Below are positions 10,887 to 21,475 of a stretch of DNA of 64,000 bases, piece by piece. Within the stretch, counting starts at the first letter, position 1. The number at the start of each line of letters is the position of its first letter. The notes beneath the pieces were generated by a model. That model searched no databases and was not told the origin of the DNA. It saw only the letters and a program-made list of their open reading frames with translations. The position numbers and the translations under genes were made by a program. Origin of the DNA: an uncultured Acidobacteriota bacterium (lineage in GTDB: Bacteria; Acidobacteriota; Thermoanaerobaculia; Multivoradales; SZUA-115); NCBI GenBank assembly GCA_963805975.1, contig CAWDVR010000002.1:864001-928000 (forward strand), in the 5' to 3' direction.

Positions 10887-13226
10887 ATGAAGGACCCACG
10901 CCACGGCCGCCCTACGCCCGTCCCGACGGGGGCCTCCAAGAAAACCGCAGCGCGCCCGCCCGCAGAGGAAGCCCACGACCCGTTGCCTCCTCGGGTCCGT
11001 GACGCCGACGCGCTGGCTCGCGCCTTCCCATCCAACCCCGGCAAGCGACGCGAGTACGGAAACGGAGCACGGAAACCTCCCACCGGAGCCATCGCGGCCG
11101 ACTCCGAGATTCCTGGCAGCACGACCAGCGAGACGGCAAGCTCCGAGAAAACCGGGGGCCCCGCGAAGCGTGGTGTCCAGGCGGGACACGGCGCCCTGGA
11201 CCGCGTTCGTACCGACGCGGCCGGCCGGCCGCTGACCACCAACTTCGGGCAGCCGGTCGCTGACAATCAAAGCTCGCTGAAGGCCGGAAGTCGCGGCCCG
11301 GCTCTCCTCGAAGACTTCATCCTGCGGGAGAAGATCACCCACTTCGATCACGAGCGGATCCCCGAGCGAATCGTCCACGCTCGCGGTTCCGGGGCGCACG
11401 GTCTGTTCGAGTGCTATCAGTCGCTCGAGAACTACACCCGCGCCGCATTCCTTTCAGCCGCCGGCAAGCAGACACCGGTCTTCGTCCGTTTCTCCACCGT
11501 GGCGGGTGAGCGCGGGTCGACCGACACCGCCAGGGACGTACGCGGCTTCGCCACCAAGTTCTACACGGAAGAGGGCAATTTCGACATCGTCGGCAACAAC
11601 ATCCCGGTCTTTTTCATTCAAGACGCGATGAAGTTTCCCGACCTGGTGCACGCCGTGAAGCCGGAGCCCCACCATGGCATGCCCCAGGCCGCCAGCGCCC
11701 ACGACACCTTCTGGGACTTCGTCTCGCTGATGCCCGAGTCGACCCACATGCTCCTCTGGCTGATGTCCGACCGGGCCCTGCCGCGAAGCTTCCGGACCAT
11801 GCAGGGTTTCGGGGTTCACACCTTCCGCTTGGTGAACGCCCAGGGCAAGTCGCACTTCGCCAAGTTCCATTGGACGCCCGTGGCCGGGACCCATTCGCTC
11901 GACTGGGATGAATGCGTGAAGATCTCGGGCGCCGACCCCGACTACCATCGGCGCGACCTCTGGGAGTCCATCGAAGCGGGGGTCTTCCCCGAGTACGAGC
12001 TCGGCTTCCAGATCTTTACCGAGCGCCAGGCGGATACCTACGATTTCGACGTGCTCGACCCAACCAAGATCGTGCCCGAGGAGATCGTTCCGGTGACGCC
12101 GGTCGGTCGCATGCGATTGCATCGGAACCCCGACAATTTCTTCGCGGAGACCGAGCAGATCGCTTTCGGTGTCCAGAACTTGGTCCCCGGCTTCGACTTC
12201 TCGAACGACCCTCTGCTGGCCGGGCGCATTCACTCCTACTTCGATACCCAGCTCTCTCGCCTCGGCGGGCCGAACTTCCATGAGATTCCGATCAATTCGC
12301 CGCTCGCGCCGGTGCACAACAACCAGCGCGACGGGCTGCATCGCCAGGCGATCCCACGCGGGCGAGTGGCGTACGAGCCGAACTCCCTCGGTGGCGGCTG
12401 CCCGTACCAGGCGGGAGCTCAGGGGTTCACCTCGTTCCCGGAACCGGTAGAAGAAAGCAAGATGCGCGGCAAGCCGGAAAAGTTTGCCGAGCACTATGCC
12501 CAGGCGACTCTGTTCTGGAACAGCCAGGCGGCCTACGAGAAGCAGCACATCATCCGTGGCTTCCGCTTCGAGCTCACCAAGGTGGAGACTCCGGCGATCC
12601 GCGAGCGCACCGTCTCGATGCTGCGCAACGTGTCGGATGAGCTCGCGCAGGCCGTCGCGACGGGGCTCGGCATCGCACTTCCCCGAGCGATGCCGCGGCT
12701 GGTGCCCCCTGTATCCGCCATCCGTGAATCGCCGGCGCTGTCGCTGACCTCCCGGCCCGGCGACGGTTCGATCCGCGGCCGGAAAGTCGCGATCGTCGTC
12801 GCGCCGGGCATGGAGGCGAAGTCCGTGGCCTCGGCCGAGGCGGCCCTCCTCGCACGGGGCGTGATCGTCCGCAAGGTCGCTGCGCGGCTCGGGAACGTCA
12901 AATTGTCGAGCGGCGTCCTGGTCCAGCCGGAGGTCACGTTCGAGACCTCGCCTTCGATTCTCTACGACGGCGTCGTCGTTCCCGACGGCGAGAGCGCGGT
13001 CGCGGCGCTCGCTGAGCTGGGGCAGGCGATCGACTTCGTCAAGGACGCCTATCGGCACTGCAAGCCGATCCTGCTCATGGGAGCGGGCGCGAAGCTCGCG
13101 GAAGCCGCGCGAATTCCGACCGACGACGAGGGCGACTGGGCCCTGGTGCGCAAGACGGGACCGTTCATCGAGGCCCTCGTGAGACACCGCAACTGGGACC
13201 GCGCGATCGACCCGCCCGCCGTGTGA
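10887..13226 (+). CDS. katE: Large-subunit catalase HPII with C-terminal DJ-1/GATase-like domain
   Basis: FDHERIPERIVHARGSG, VRFSTVAG, VGNN, RIHSYFDTQ heme-ligand Tyr region, C-terminal YRHCKPI. Confidence 0.96.
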   Translation: MKDPRHGRPTPVPTGASKKTAARPPAEEAHDPLPPRVRDADALARAFPSNPGKRREYGNGARKPPTGAIAADSEIPGSTTSETASSEKTGGPAKRGVQAGHGALDRVRTDAAGRPLTTNFGQPVADNQSSLKAGSRGPALLEDFILREKITHFDHERIPERIVHARGSGAHGLFECYQSLENYTRAAFLSAAGKQTPVFVRFSTVAGERGSTDTARDVRGFATKFYTEEGNFDIVGNNIPVFFIQDAMKFPDLVHAVKPEPHHGMPQAASAHDTFWDFVSLMPESTHMLLWLMSDRALPRSFRTMQGFGVHTFRLVNAQGKSHFAKFHWTPVAGTHSLDWDECVKISGADPDYHRRDLWESIEAGVFPEYELGFQIFTERQADTYDFDVLDPTKIVPEEIVPVTPVGRMRLHRNPDNFFAETEQIAFGVQNLVPGFDFSNDPLLAGRIHSYFDTQLSRLGGPNFHEIPINSPLAPVHNNQRDGLHRQAIPRGRVAYEPNSLGGGCPYQAGAQGFTSFPEPVEESKMRGKPEKFAEHYAQATLFWNSQAAYEKQHIIRGFRFELTKVETPAIRERTVSMLRNVSDELAQAVATGLGIALPRAMPRLVPPVSAIRESPALSLTSRPGDGSIRGRKVAIVVAPGMEAKSVASAEAALLARGVIVRKVAARLGNVKLSSGVLVQPEVTFETSPSILYDGVVVPDGESAVAALAELGQAIDFVKDAYRHCKPILLMGAGAKLAEAARIPTDDEGDWALVRKTGPFIEALVRHRNWDRAIDPPAV

Positions 13227-13244
13227 CCGGCGTGGCCCGCTACC

Positions 13245-14508
<1,264 letters not shown>

Positions 14509-14512
<4 letters not shown>

Positions 14513-14919
14513 TGGAGGTCCCGGCGCGAGCTCATGACCTCCCGCACCTCGATCCACAGGTGCTCGACCCGCTCGCCGCCGGCGGACGTGATCGGAGCGC
14601 CTGGCGCGGTCGACGCCTCCGCGGCGATCTCGTAGGCGCGCTCGGGGCTGTCCACGTCCACGATCCAGTAGCCCGCGAGGAACTCCTTGGACTCGGGGAA
14701 GACGCCGTCGGTGATCGGCTTGCCGTCCTTGCCCGCGCGCACCCGCTTCGCCTGGACCGGCGACGCCAGCCCTTCGGTCGCCACCAGCTCGCCCGCGGCG
14801 CGCAGCTTCTGGGTGAACTCGCCCATGAAGGCCATGTTCGCTTCGAGGATCTCCTTCGGCCAGCTCATGTACTGGGCGTAGCCGTCGCGCGGGCTGTTCA
14901 TGATCAGCATGAATTTCAT
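14509..14919 (-). CDS. YciI/DGPF family protein
   Basis: MKFMLIM...LVATEGL...ITDGVFPESKEFLAGYWIVDVDS...IEVREV; the usual ECF42 partner gene. Confidence 0.9.
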
Positions 14920-14974
14920 GACGTGGGCTCCTTTGCACATCGGCGGCCCGGAATGGGACCGCCTTCACGAGTAG

Positions 14975-15001
14975 GTCGGAGCCGGGAGCGGGCTTTCGAC
15001 A
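14975..15001 (-). promoter_or_regulatory. ECF42-type promoter
   Basis: Minus strand TGTCGA, 17 bp spacer, CGAC upstream of the DGPF gene; agrees with the ECF42 consensus TGTCGA / CG(A/T)C. Confidence 0.7.
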
Positions 15002-15110
15002 TCGGCGCCGATTTTCTCAAGAAAAAGGATCTGGGAACGGCCGAGCGCCGCAAGCGCGGCCAAGACGGCTATCCTCCGGGCGCGATCACTTCGAGGAAGG
15101 ATGGAACAGA

Positions 15111-16025
15111 ATGCGGGAAGAAAGCTTCGACGCGATCGTCGTGGGAGGCGGGCCGGCCGGACTCTCGGCCGCGCTCTGGCTCGGGCGGTGCCGTCGTCGC
15201 GTGCTGTTGGTCGATGCCGGCCGCGGACGGAACGCGGCCGCCCGCGGCCTCCACGGCCTTCTGTCACGCGACGGGCTGGCGCCCGAAAAGCTCCGGGAGC
15301 TCGGCCGGGAAGAGCTCGCGCGCTACCGTGTCGCCGTCCGCGACGGTACCGTGATCGCCGCGCGCCGTCGCGAGACCGGCTTCGAGCTGGAGCTCGAGTC
15401 GGGGGAAAGCCTCGCGGCCCGCAAGCTGGTGCTGGCCACGGGGGTCTACGATCGGCTGCCGGAGATCGACGGGCTCGAAAAACGCTACGGCAAGAGCGTC
15501 CATCACTGCCCTTACTGCGACGCCTGGGAGCACCAGGACCAGGCGCTCGCGGTCTACGGGCGCGCCAAGGCCGGGTTTGCCCTGGCGCGCAAGCTCACGA
15601 ACTGGTCCGCCGACGTCATCCTCTGCACCGACGGTGCATCGGGTCTCCGGGCGAACGAGCGGCGCGAGCTCGAGCGGCTCGGCATCACGGTGCACAGCGG
15701 GCGGATCACCGGGCTCGAGGGTGCTGGCGCGAGCCTCGAGCGGATCCGGTTCGCTGACGGCTCGGCACTCGAACGCCGCGCACTGTTCTTCACCCTGGGC
15801 TGGGAGCTGTGCTCTACGCTCGCCCTCGACCTCGGCTGCCGACTCACACGCAAGGGTTGCATCGCCACCGACGACCACCAGCAGACTCAGGTGCCCGGGC
15901 TCTACGTCGTCGGTGATGCCTCGCGCGACGTCCAGCTCGTCGTCCTCGCGGCTGCGGAGGGTACCAAAGCCGCCCTTCACCTCCACGAGCAGATGGTCGA
16001 GGAGGACGCGGCACAGCACGGGTAG
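15111..16025 (+). CDS. NAD(P)/FAD-dependent oxidoreductase, thioredoxin-reductase-like
   Basis: VGGGPAGLSAA, LATG, HCPYCD, VPGLYVVGDA. Confidence 0.9.
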   Translation: MREESFDAIVVGGGPAGLSAALWLGRCRRRVLLVDAGRGRNAAARGLHGLLSRDGLAPEKLRELGREELARYRVAVRDGTVIAARRRETGFELELESGESLAARKLVLATGVYDRLPEIDGLEKRYGKSVHHCPYCDAWEHQDQALAVYGRAKAGFALARKLTNWSADVILCTDGASGLRANERRELERLGITVHSGRITGLEGAGASLERIRFADGSALERRALFFTLGWELCSTLALDLGCRLTRKGCIATDDHQQTQVPGLYVVGDASRDVQLVVLAAAEGTKAALHLHEQMVEEDAAQHG

Positions 16026-16111
16026 GCTCGTCAGACAGTGTACTGAGCGTAACTGTCGCGTGGCCGCGGCCCGGAACGGGCCCCCTCAAGCTCGACGAAC
16101 AGACATTGGAC

Positions 16112-17077
16112 CTAGAGCCGACCCGGACCAACTATCGTGCCGTCGCTCCCGTCACCCCATTCGTGGTACTCCCCAAGAGCGCAGGCGACAGCGGTAAGGA
16201 AGGCGATGCCGCTATCGATTGGGTCGTCGAATGCCTTGGACTTGCGCACCTGCCCATCGCGAGGCCTCGCGCAATGATCGACGGCGTTGGTGGCAATCTG
16301 GTCGATCCAGGCACTTGCTATCTCGGCCGGGAGGCCGCCGGCGCACAACGGAACGAGAAAGCCCTGGAGAGGACGCCGGGCGATAGCGCTGGCATCGTCG
16401 AGCGCGAGACTTCGAGGCGTCTTTGCCTTGTAGGCGCGGACAGTCGACGAGTCGAGCTCGCCGTAGGCACCCAGGACGCCTAGCGCCCAGATTGCTTCCG
16501 ACGGGAACACCTCCACAAGCCCGCGCGGTGAGGCTGGGCCTCCTAGGTACGGCGACAGGTCAGTCACGGTTTCCGCTCGTAGGGCGTCTACGGCGCGAGC
16601 GATCCGACATGGGACCGGGCTGCCTGCTTGAATCCGAAGGTCTGGGTTCCACGCCTTGCGCTTCTCTGGCTCGAGCCTGCTCATGTACTCACGGAGCGCT
16701 CGTTCGGCCGTACGTTGCTCGCAGCCAGTGCACTGATCGCGCGCGATCACCTTGAGGCGAGGCGGTTGGTCGCGCCGCTCACGACACGTGAGCGGCGCGT
16801 CGAAGGCAACGACGACGTGGTCAACGTTGCGATGGCGGGCAATGGTGGCAAGGATTGCGGCACAAAGAAACTCGCCGTCTGGATCGAAGTTCGGCTCTGT
16901 GGAGCATGACGCGCGCGGATTGGGGCACCCGCCCAAGCTGAGGCGCTGGATCGGATGAAGCGTGAGGTCAGCGAGCGTCGCCGAGACGATTGTTTCCCAC
17001 CGGCTGGCAGGTTGACGGCCGCCACCCCACCAGGTGACGTCAACACCAATACAGAGGACTCGGGGTAGCTGGCCCAC
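16112..17077 (-). CDS. DUF429-like predicted nuclease (RNase H-like fold)
   Basis: IGVD near the N-terminus, VVVAFDAPL, RTAER, VEVFPS, DDPIDSGIAFLTA. Codon usage is visibly less GC3-biased than in neighbouring genes. Confidence 0.7.
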   Translation of the reverse strand: MGQLPRVLCIGVDVTWWGGGRQPASRWETIVSATLADLTLHPIQRLSLGGCPNPRASCSTEPNFDPDGEFLCAAILATIARHRNVDHVVVAFDAPLTCRERRDQPPRLKVIARDQCTGCEQRTAERALREYMSRLEPEKRKAWNPDLRIQAGSPVPCRIARAVDALRAETVTDLSPYLGGPASPRGLVEVFPSEAIWALGVLGAYGELDSSTVRAYKAKTPRSLALDDASAIARRPLQGFLVPLCAGGLPAEIASAWIDQIATNAVDHCARPRDGQVRKSKAFDDPIDSGIAFLTAVACALGEYHEWGDGSDGTIVGPGRL

Positions 17078-17097
17078 TAGGCACTCACCACCACGGT

Positions 17098-17484
17098 CTA
17101 GACCCTACGCACCGGCCCGGGGTAGCGGGCCAGTTGCGCGTCGCTTGTGAGCAGGGTGATGCCCTCGACCAGCGCTTGGGCCAACAGCAGGCGGTCGAAC
17201 GGGTCCTTGTGGAGAGGTGGGAGGCCATCGATGCTCACCGCATGCTGGCTCGTGACCGGCAGCTCGGTGTAGCCGTTGTCGAGCAACCCGCGGCGCAGGA
17301 GGCGAGGCTCGACGCGCAGGTCATCGCGCCCCAAGGTGTTCTTGATGGCGATCTCCCAAAGGCTCGCGGCACTGAAGAGCAGCTCGTTGCGCGGCTCGTC
17401 GAGCAGCTCCCGCGCCGTCGTGGAAAGCCGCTCGGGCTGGCCGGCCGCCCAGAGCAGGAGGTGGGTGTCCAGAAGGAGCTTCAC
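17098..17484 (-). CDS. vapC: PIN-domain VapC toxin
   Basis: LLLDTHLLLW, SAASLWEIAIK, HKDPFDRLLLAQA, LLTSD. Confidence 0.93.
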   Translation of the reverse strand: MKLLLDTHLLLWAAGQPERLSTTARELLDEPRNELLFSAASLWEIAIKNTLGRDDLRVEPRLLRRGLLDNGYTELPVTSQHAVSIDGLPPLHKDPFDRLLLAQALVEGITLLTSDAQLARYPGPVRRV

Positions 17485-17720
17485 GCCTCGACCCCGAACA
17501 GGGCCGCGATCTCGGCTTCACCCATGCGGTCGAAGTCCTCGGGCACGGCGATCTCGCCTGCCAGAAAGCCCAGCCGCAACGGGGCCACGGGCGCGTCGAG
17601 CGCCGCCACCTTCACCAGCGGCTTGCCCGCCTTGGCGATCACGAACGGCTCGCCTTTGGCGGCCTGCTCCACAAGCTTCGAGAGCTGTGTCTTGGCTTCA
17701 TGGACGTTGACGGTGACCAT
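17481..17720 (-). CDS. Phd/YefM family antitoxin
   Basis: VNVHEAKTQLSKLVEQAAKGEPFVIAKAGKPLVKV; GTGA overlap with the toxin gene. Confidence 0.92.
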   Translation of the reverse strand: MVTVNVHEAKTQLSKLVEQAAKGEPFVIAKAGKPLVKVAALDAPVAPLRLGFLAGEIAVPEDFDRMGEAEIAALFGVEA

Positions 17721-17733
17721 CTGATTCCTCCGC

Positions 17734-17782
17734 GGACTAAGTCGAGTGGACTAAGTCTAGGCGCCGGCATCCGGCTCGTCAA
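17734..17782 (-). promoter_or_regulatory. TA promoter with tandem palindromic operators
   Basis: Minus strand TTGACG, 17 bp spacer, TAGACT. Two GGACTAAGTC copies (17734, 17748), each containing the palindrome GACT-A-AGTC; the second overlaps the -10 box. Confidence 0.75.
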
Positions 17783-17830
17783 CCGCTCTACTCATCGACA
17801 GGGAGCGAAGCCCGCACTCCAGGTTGGGGC

Positions 17831-17867
17831 TTGACAACCTCTCTCATCGTATGTAACCTAATGGTTA
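17831..17867 (+). promoter_or_regulatory. sigma70 promoter with ArsR-type operator
   Basis: TTGACA, 17 bp spacer, TAACCT. The palindrome TAACC-TAAT-GGTTA (17854-17867) overlaps the -10 box. Confidence 0.75.
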
Positions 17868-18244
17868 TGGAACTCTCTGGTTATGGAAAGGCCGACTCCG
17901 AGCGCCTCGACGCGACCTTCGCGGCGCTGGCCGACCCCACGCGGCGGGCGATCCTCGCCCGGCTGGCTACGGGGGAGGCGTCGGTGGCGGAGCTGGCCGA
18001 GCCGTTCGCGATGAGCCAGCCCGCGATCTCCAAGCACCTGAAGGTGCTGGAGCGCGCCGGCCTGATCTCGCAGGGCATCGACGCCCAGCGCCGGCCGCGC
18101 CGGCTGGAGGCCCAGCCCCTCGCCGAGGCCACCGCCTGGTTGGAAAAGTACCGCGAGTTCTGGGAGGGCTCTTTCCTGCGCCTGGACGCCCTGCTCGACG
18201 AATTGAAGGCAAACGACAAAAAAACTCGACGAACCAAGGACTAG
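17867..18244 (+). CDS. ArsR/SmtB family transcriptional regulator
   Basis: FAALADPTRRAILARL...ELAEPFAMSQPAISKHLKVLERAGLI. Start placed after the promoter (17861 or 17867). Confidence 0.92.
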   Translation: MELSGYGKADSERLDATFAALADPTRRAILARLATGEASVAELAEPFAMSQPAISKHLKVLERAGLISQGIDAQRRPRRLEAQPLAEATAWLEKYREFWEGSFLRLDALLDELKANDKKTRRTKD

Positions 18245-18255
18245 AGGAGACTGCG

Positions 18256-18747
18256 ATGAACGGAAAGGCAAAGCTGGAGATCACCACCCCCACCGAGCGC
18301 GAGATCGTGATGACGCGCGCCTTCGATGCGCCGCGGCACCTCGTCTTCGATGCCTGGACCCAGCCCGAGCTGGTGCGCCAGTGGATGCTGGGGCCCGACG
18401 GCTGGACGATGCCGGTCTGCGAGATCGACCTCCGGGTGGGCGGCAAGTATCGTTACGTATGGCGGCGCGAGTCCACCGCCAGCGAGATGGGCCTGAGCGG
18501 CACGTTCCGCGAGGTCCAGGCGCCGGAACGGCTGGTCTCGACCGAGATCTTCGACGAGGACTGGACCGGCGGCGAGGCGCTGAGCACCCTCGTCCTCACC
18601 GAGCGGGACGGCAAGACGACGGCGACGAACACCGTGCTCTACGCCTCCGGGGAAGCCCGTGACGGGGCGCTCAAGAGCGGCATGGCGGACGGCGTCTCCG
18701 TGGGCTACGACCGGCTCGACGAGGTGCTGGCCGAGATGGCGGCGTAA
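18256..18747 (+). CDS. SRPBCC/AHSA1 family protein
   Basis: EIVMTRAFDAPRHLVFDAWTQPEL, IDLRVGGKYRY, PERLVSTE. Confidence 0.9.
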   Translation: MNGKAKLEITTPTEREIVMTRAFDAPRHLVFDAWTQPELVRQWMLGPDGWTMPVCEIDLRVGGKYRYVWRRESTASEMGLSGTFREVQAPERLVSTEIFDEDWTGGEALSTLVLTERDGKTTATNTVLYASGEARDGALKSGMADGVSVGYDRLDEVLAEMAA

Positions 18748-18765
18748 AGAAAGCGGAGACTCTCG

Positions 18766-19500
18766 ATGCCCACGGGAACGACGAAGCCGCAGCGCGCCAC
18801 GCCCGCCTCCTCCTCGCAAGTGGAGAAGGGCGCGATCGACCAGCAGGTCCGGGAAGCGCTCGCCTGGCTCGAGAGCCACGCCACCCGGCACACCCTCGAG
18901 GGCATGGCGCGCTATGGCCTCCCATCGGACCACGCGTTGGGTGTCTCGGTGTCCGACATCCAGGCGCTCGCCAAGCGCCTGGGGCGCAACCACGAGCTTG
19001 CCCTCGCGCTCTGGGGCACCGGCGTCTACGAGGCCCGCATGCTGTGCTCTTACATCGACGAGCCGGCGAAGGTCACCGCCGCACAGATGGACCGCTGGTG
19101 TCGCGACTTCGACAACTGGGGGATCTGCGACACCCTCTGCTTCTGCCTCTTCGACCGCACGCCGCACGCCTGGGCGAAGGTCACGGAGTGGAGCGTCAAG
19201 CGCGACGAGTTCGGCAAGCGCGCGGCGTTCGCTCTCCTTGCCAGCCTCGCCGGGCACGACAAGAAGGCGGGCGACGAGCCCTTCCTCGAAGGCCTGGCGC
19301 TGATCGAGCACGCCGCCGGCGACGAGCGGAACTTCGTCAAGAAAGGCGTGCTCTGGGCCCTGCGCCGGATCGGCGGTCGCAACGCCACGCTCCAGGCCGC
19401 CGCGGTGGCGGTGGCCCGGCGCCTGGCGGATTCACCGCAAGCCGCGGCGCGCTGGGTGGGGAAGAGCGCGCTCAAGGAGCTCGGCCGGGCGAAGAAATGA
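18766..19500 (+). CDS. DNA alkylation repair protein (AlkD-like HEAT repeats)
   Basis: LWGTGVYEARML, DFDNWGICD, DERNFVKKGVLWALRRIG. Confidence 0.85.
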   Translation: MPTGTTKPQRATPASSSQVEKGAIDQQVREALAWLESHATRHTLEGMARYGLPSDHALGVSVSDIQALAKRLGRNHELALALWGTGVYEARMLCSYIDEPAKVTAAQMDRWCRDFDNWGICDTLCFCLFDRTPHAWAKVTEWSVKRDEFGKRAAFALLASLAGHDKKAGDEPFLEGLALIEHAAGDERNFVKKGVLWALRRIGGRNATLQAAAVAVARRLADSPQAAARWVGKSALKELGRAKK

Positions 19501-19936
19501 GCACGACGCCCACACGCACACTCGAACCGTAGAGAAACTCCTCATGATCGACCCGCCCAGCCCAGAATCGCTGGTACAGATCCTGCGCGATCACCCGTAT
19601 TCCATCCACCCCGGGACGAGTTCCACAACCTCCTCCTGGCCCGCTTCCCGCGAGCTTGCCAGCCGCCCTTGCCGCCGCCGTCGCCCCCCACGGCCTCCCG
19701 GGGCGAGCCGCGAGGAAGGCGAGCTACCGGCTCGGTCTCGCCCTATCGGCCGGGCGGTGCCAGGGGCCGCCTTCCTCCCGCCGCAGATCCACACGGCAAC
19801 ATGTACCGAGCCAGCGGGAAGAACCTGCACGCGCAAGCATGTACTCCCGCTCGGTACCCCGTGGCGGCCGGCGATCGGGAGACCGTCGAGCGGCGTCGCG
19901 ATGCGGGAGGCGGCACCAAGCCTCCGAGCGGCGTCG

Positions 19937-19952
19937 CGGCACCTTTCTTGCT
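19937..19952 (+). promoter_or_regulatory. Putative sigma54 promoter upstream of the ECF sigma gene
   Basis: CGGCAC-CTTTC-TTGCT with correct GG/GC 12 bp spacing, about 80 nt before ATG 20034. Confidence 0.55.
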
Positions 19953-20033
19953 TTTGCAGCTACCGGCTCGCTCGAAGATTGTCACCACGAGAACCTGGAG
20001 CCCGAGAGGGTTGGCCTGCCAAGTCACGAGATC

Positions 20034-20708
20034 ATGATCCCAGACATCCAGCGCGTCACTCCCGAGACCTCGCCGTTCGCCCGCGGCGCTGGTGGAGCGG
20101 CAGCGACCCTTCTCGCCTTCCGGCCCGGCCTGCCTCCCGGTCCGGCCGACCTCGAGCTGATCGAGCGCCTGGCGGCCGGCGATGAGACCGCGCTAGCGGC
20201 TCTCTACGACCGCTACGCCAGTCAGATCCTGGGCTTTCTGACGCGCCTGCTGGGGCCCGGCGGCGAAGCGGAGGAGGTGCTGCAAGAGGTCTTCCTGCAG
20301 GCTTGGCGGCAGGCTGGCAGCTACCGGCGCGAGCTGTCCTCGCCGCGCGGCTGGCTGCTGATGCGCGCCCGCTCGCGCGCCCTCGACCGCCTGAGGTCGG
20401 CGCAAGCGAGCCGCTGGCGTGAAGAGGCTGTGTGCACCGAAGAAGCGCAGACAGTCGCTCCGATCGGCTGCGACCGCCTGGAGAGCGGCGAGCGCCGGCC
20501 GCAGTTGCGCTTGGCGCTGGGCGAGCTGTCTTCCGGCCAGCGCCTTGCCATCGAGCTGGCCTTCTTCGAGGGGCTCTCCCATACCCAGATCGCCGCCCGT
20601 CTCGGGGCGCCGCTCGGCACCGTCAAGTCGCGGGTGCTCCTCGGCATGCGGAAGCTGCGACAGCTCTTGGCGCCCGGGCAGGCGGCCGCTGTCGCCTCGA
20701 CGCCTTGA
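20034..20708 (+). CDS. ECF RNA polymerase sigma factor (SigK-like)
   Basis: ALAALYDRY, AEEVLQEVFLQAW, WLLMRARSRALDRLR, LAFFEGLSHTQIAARLGAPLGTVKSR. Confidence 0.88.
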   Translation: MIPDIQRVTPETSPFARGAGGAAATLLAFRPGLPPGPADLELIERLAAGDETALAALYDRYASQILGFLTRLLGPGGEAEEVLQEVFLQAWRQAGSYRRELSSPRGWLLMRARSRALDRLRSAQASRWREEAVCTEEAQTVAPIGCDRLESGERRPQLRLALGELSSGQRLAIELAFFEGLSHTQIAARLGAPLGTVKSRVLLGMRKLRQLLAPGQAAAVASTP

Positions 20709-20783
20709 CCCAGCCCGAGCCGAGACTCACAGCCGTTCGAGAGATTCATCATCGACACAGGGCCAAAGGCCCAAGGAGGTGCC

Positions 20784-21215
20784 ATGCAAGTCAGCGAGAT
20801 CATGACCCGAGACGTCCAGTGCATCGCTCCGGTAGCGACCCTTCAGGAGGCGGCGTGCCAGATGCGAGACCTCGACGTCGGCTCCATGCCGGTCTGCGAC
20901 GAAGACCGGCTGCGCGGCATGCTCACCGATCGCGATATCGCCATCCGGGCGGTGGCCGAAGGGCACGACCCGGAGAGCACCCAGGTGCGCGAGGTGATGA
21001 CGACGGACGTTTTCTACTGCTTCGAGGACCAGGACGTCAGCGAAGCGGCCCGCATGATGAGGGAGCAGCAGATCCGGCGGTTGCTGGTCCTCAACCGCGA
21101 CAAGCGCCTGGTCGGCATCGTCTCGCTGGGAGACCTGGCCGTGGAGACGCGCGACGACCGGCTCTCCGGCGGTACCCTGGAGGCGATCTCCGAACCCACG
21201 GCCCAGTCCCGGTAG
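20784..21215 (+). CDS. CBS-pair domain protein (Hrp1-like)
   Basis: GMLTDRDIAIR, VREVMT, QIRRLLV, GIVSLGDLA; RBS AGGAGG. Confidence 0.92.
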   Translation: MQVSEIMTRDVQCIAPVATLQEAACQMRDLDVGSMPVCDEDRLRGMLTDRDIAIRAVAEGHDPESTQVREVMTTDVFYCFEDQDVSEAARMMREQQIRRLLVLNRDKRLVGIVSLGDLAVETRDDRLSGGTLEAISEPTAQSR

Positions 21216-21475
21216 CCGAGCCTGCAGCGGCCCGGCGCCAGATCCTTGGGCAGATCGGTGACATAGACCGTGCCCTGGAGGCTGCCGCTGGTGGCACCCG
21301 CGGGCGGCGGCTGGCGCTCGGCGCTTCCGCCGGAGCCCCGTGGAGGTGGAGGCGAGCGAGCTCCAGCTCGGTCGGCTCACGCGACGTGAAGCGGCAGCCT
21401 TCCGCCGTCGTCTCGACGCGCAGTGCCACGGAGCGCCCGGCGGTGGAAGCTCCCCTCCTCGCAGCCAGGGAACCT

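Noticed and set aside
16040-16112. Possible integron attC site downstream of the DUF429-like gene
   Set aside because: Only loose matches to RYYYAAC/GTTRRRY, no convincing extended pairing, and no integrase in the window.
21091-21429. Minus-strand 112 aa ORF in the CBS-esterase gap
   Set aside because: It overlaps the CBS gene and has no recognisable motif; at most a gene remnant.
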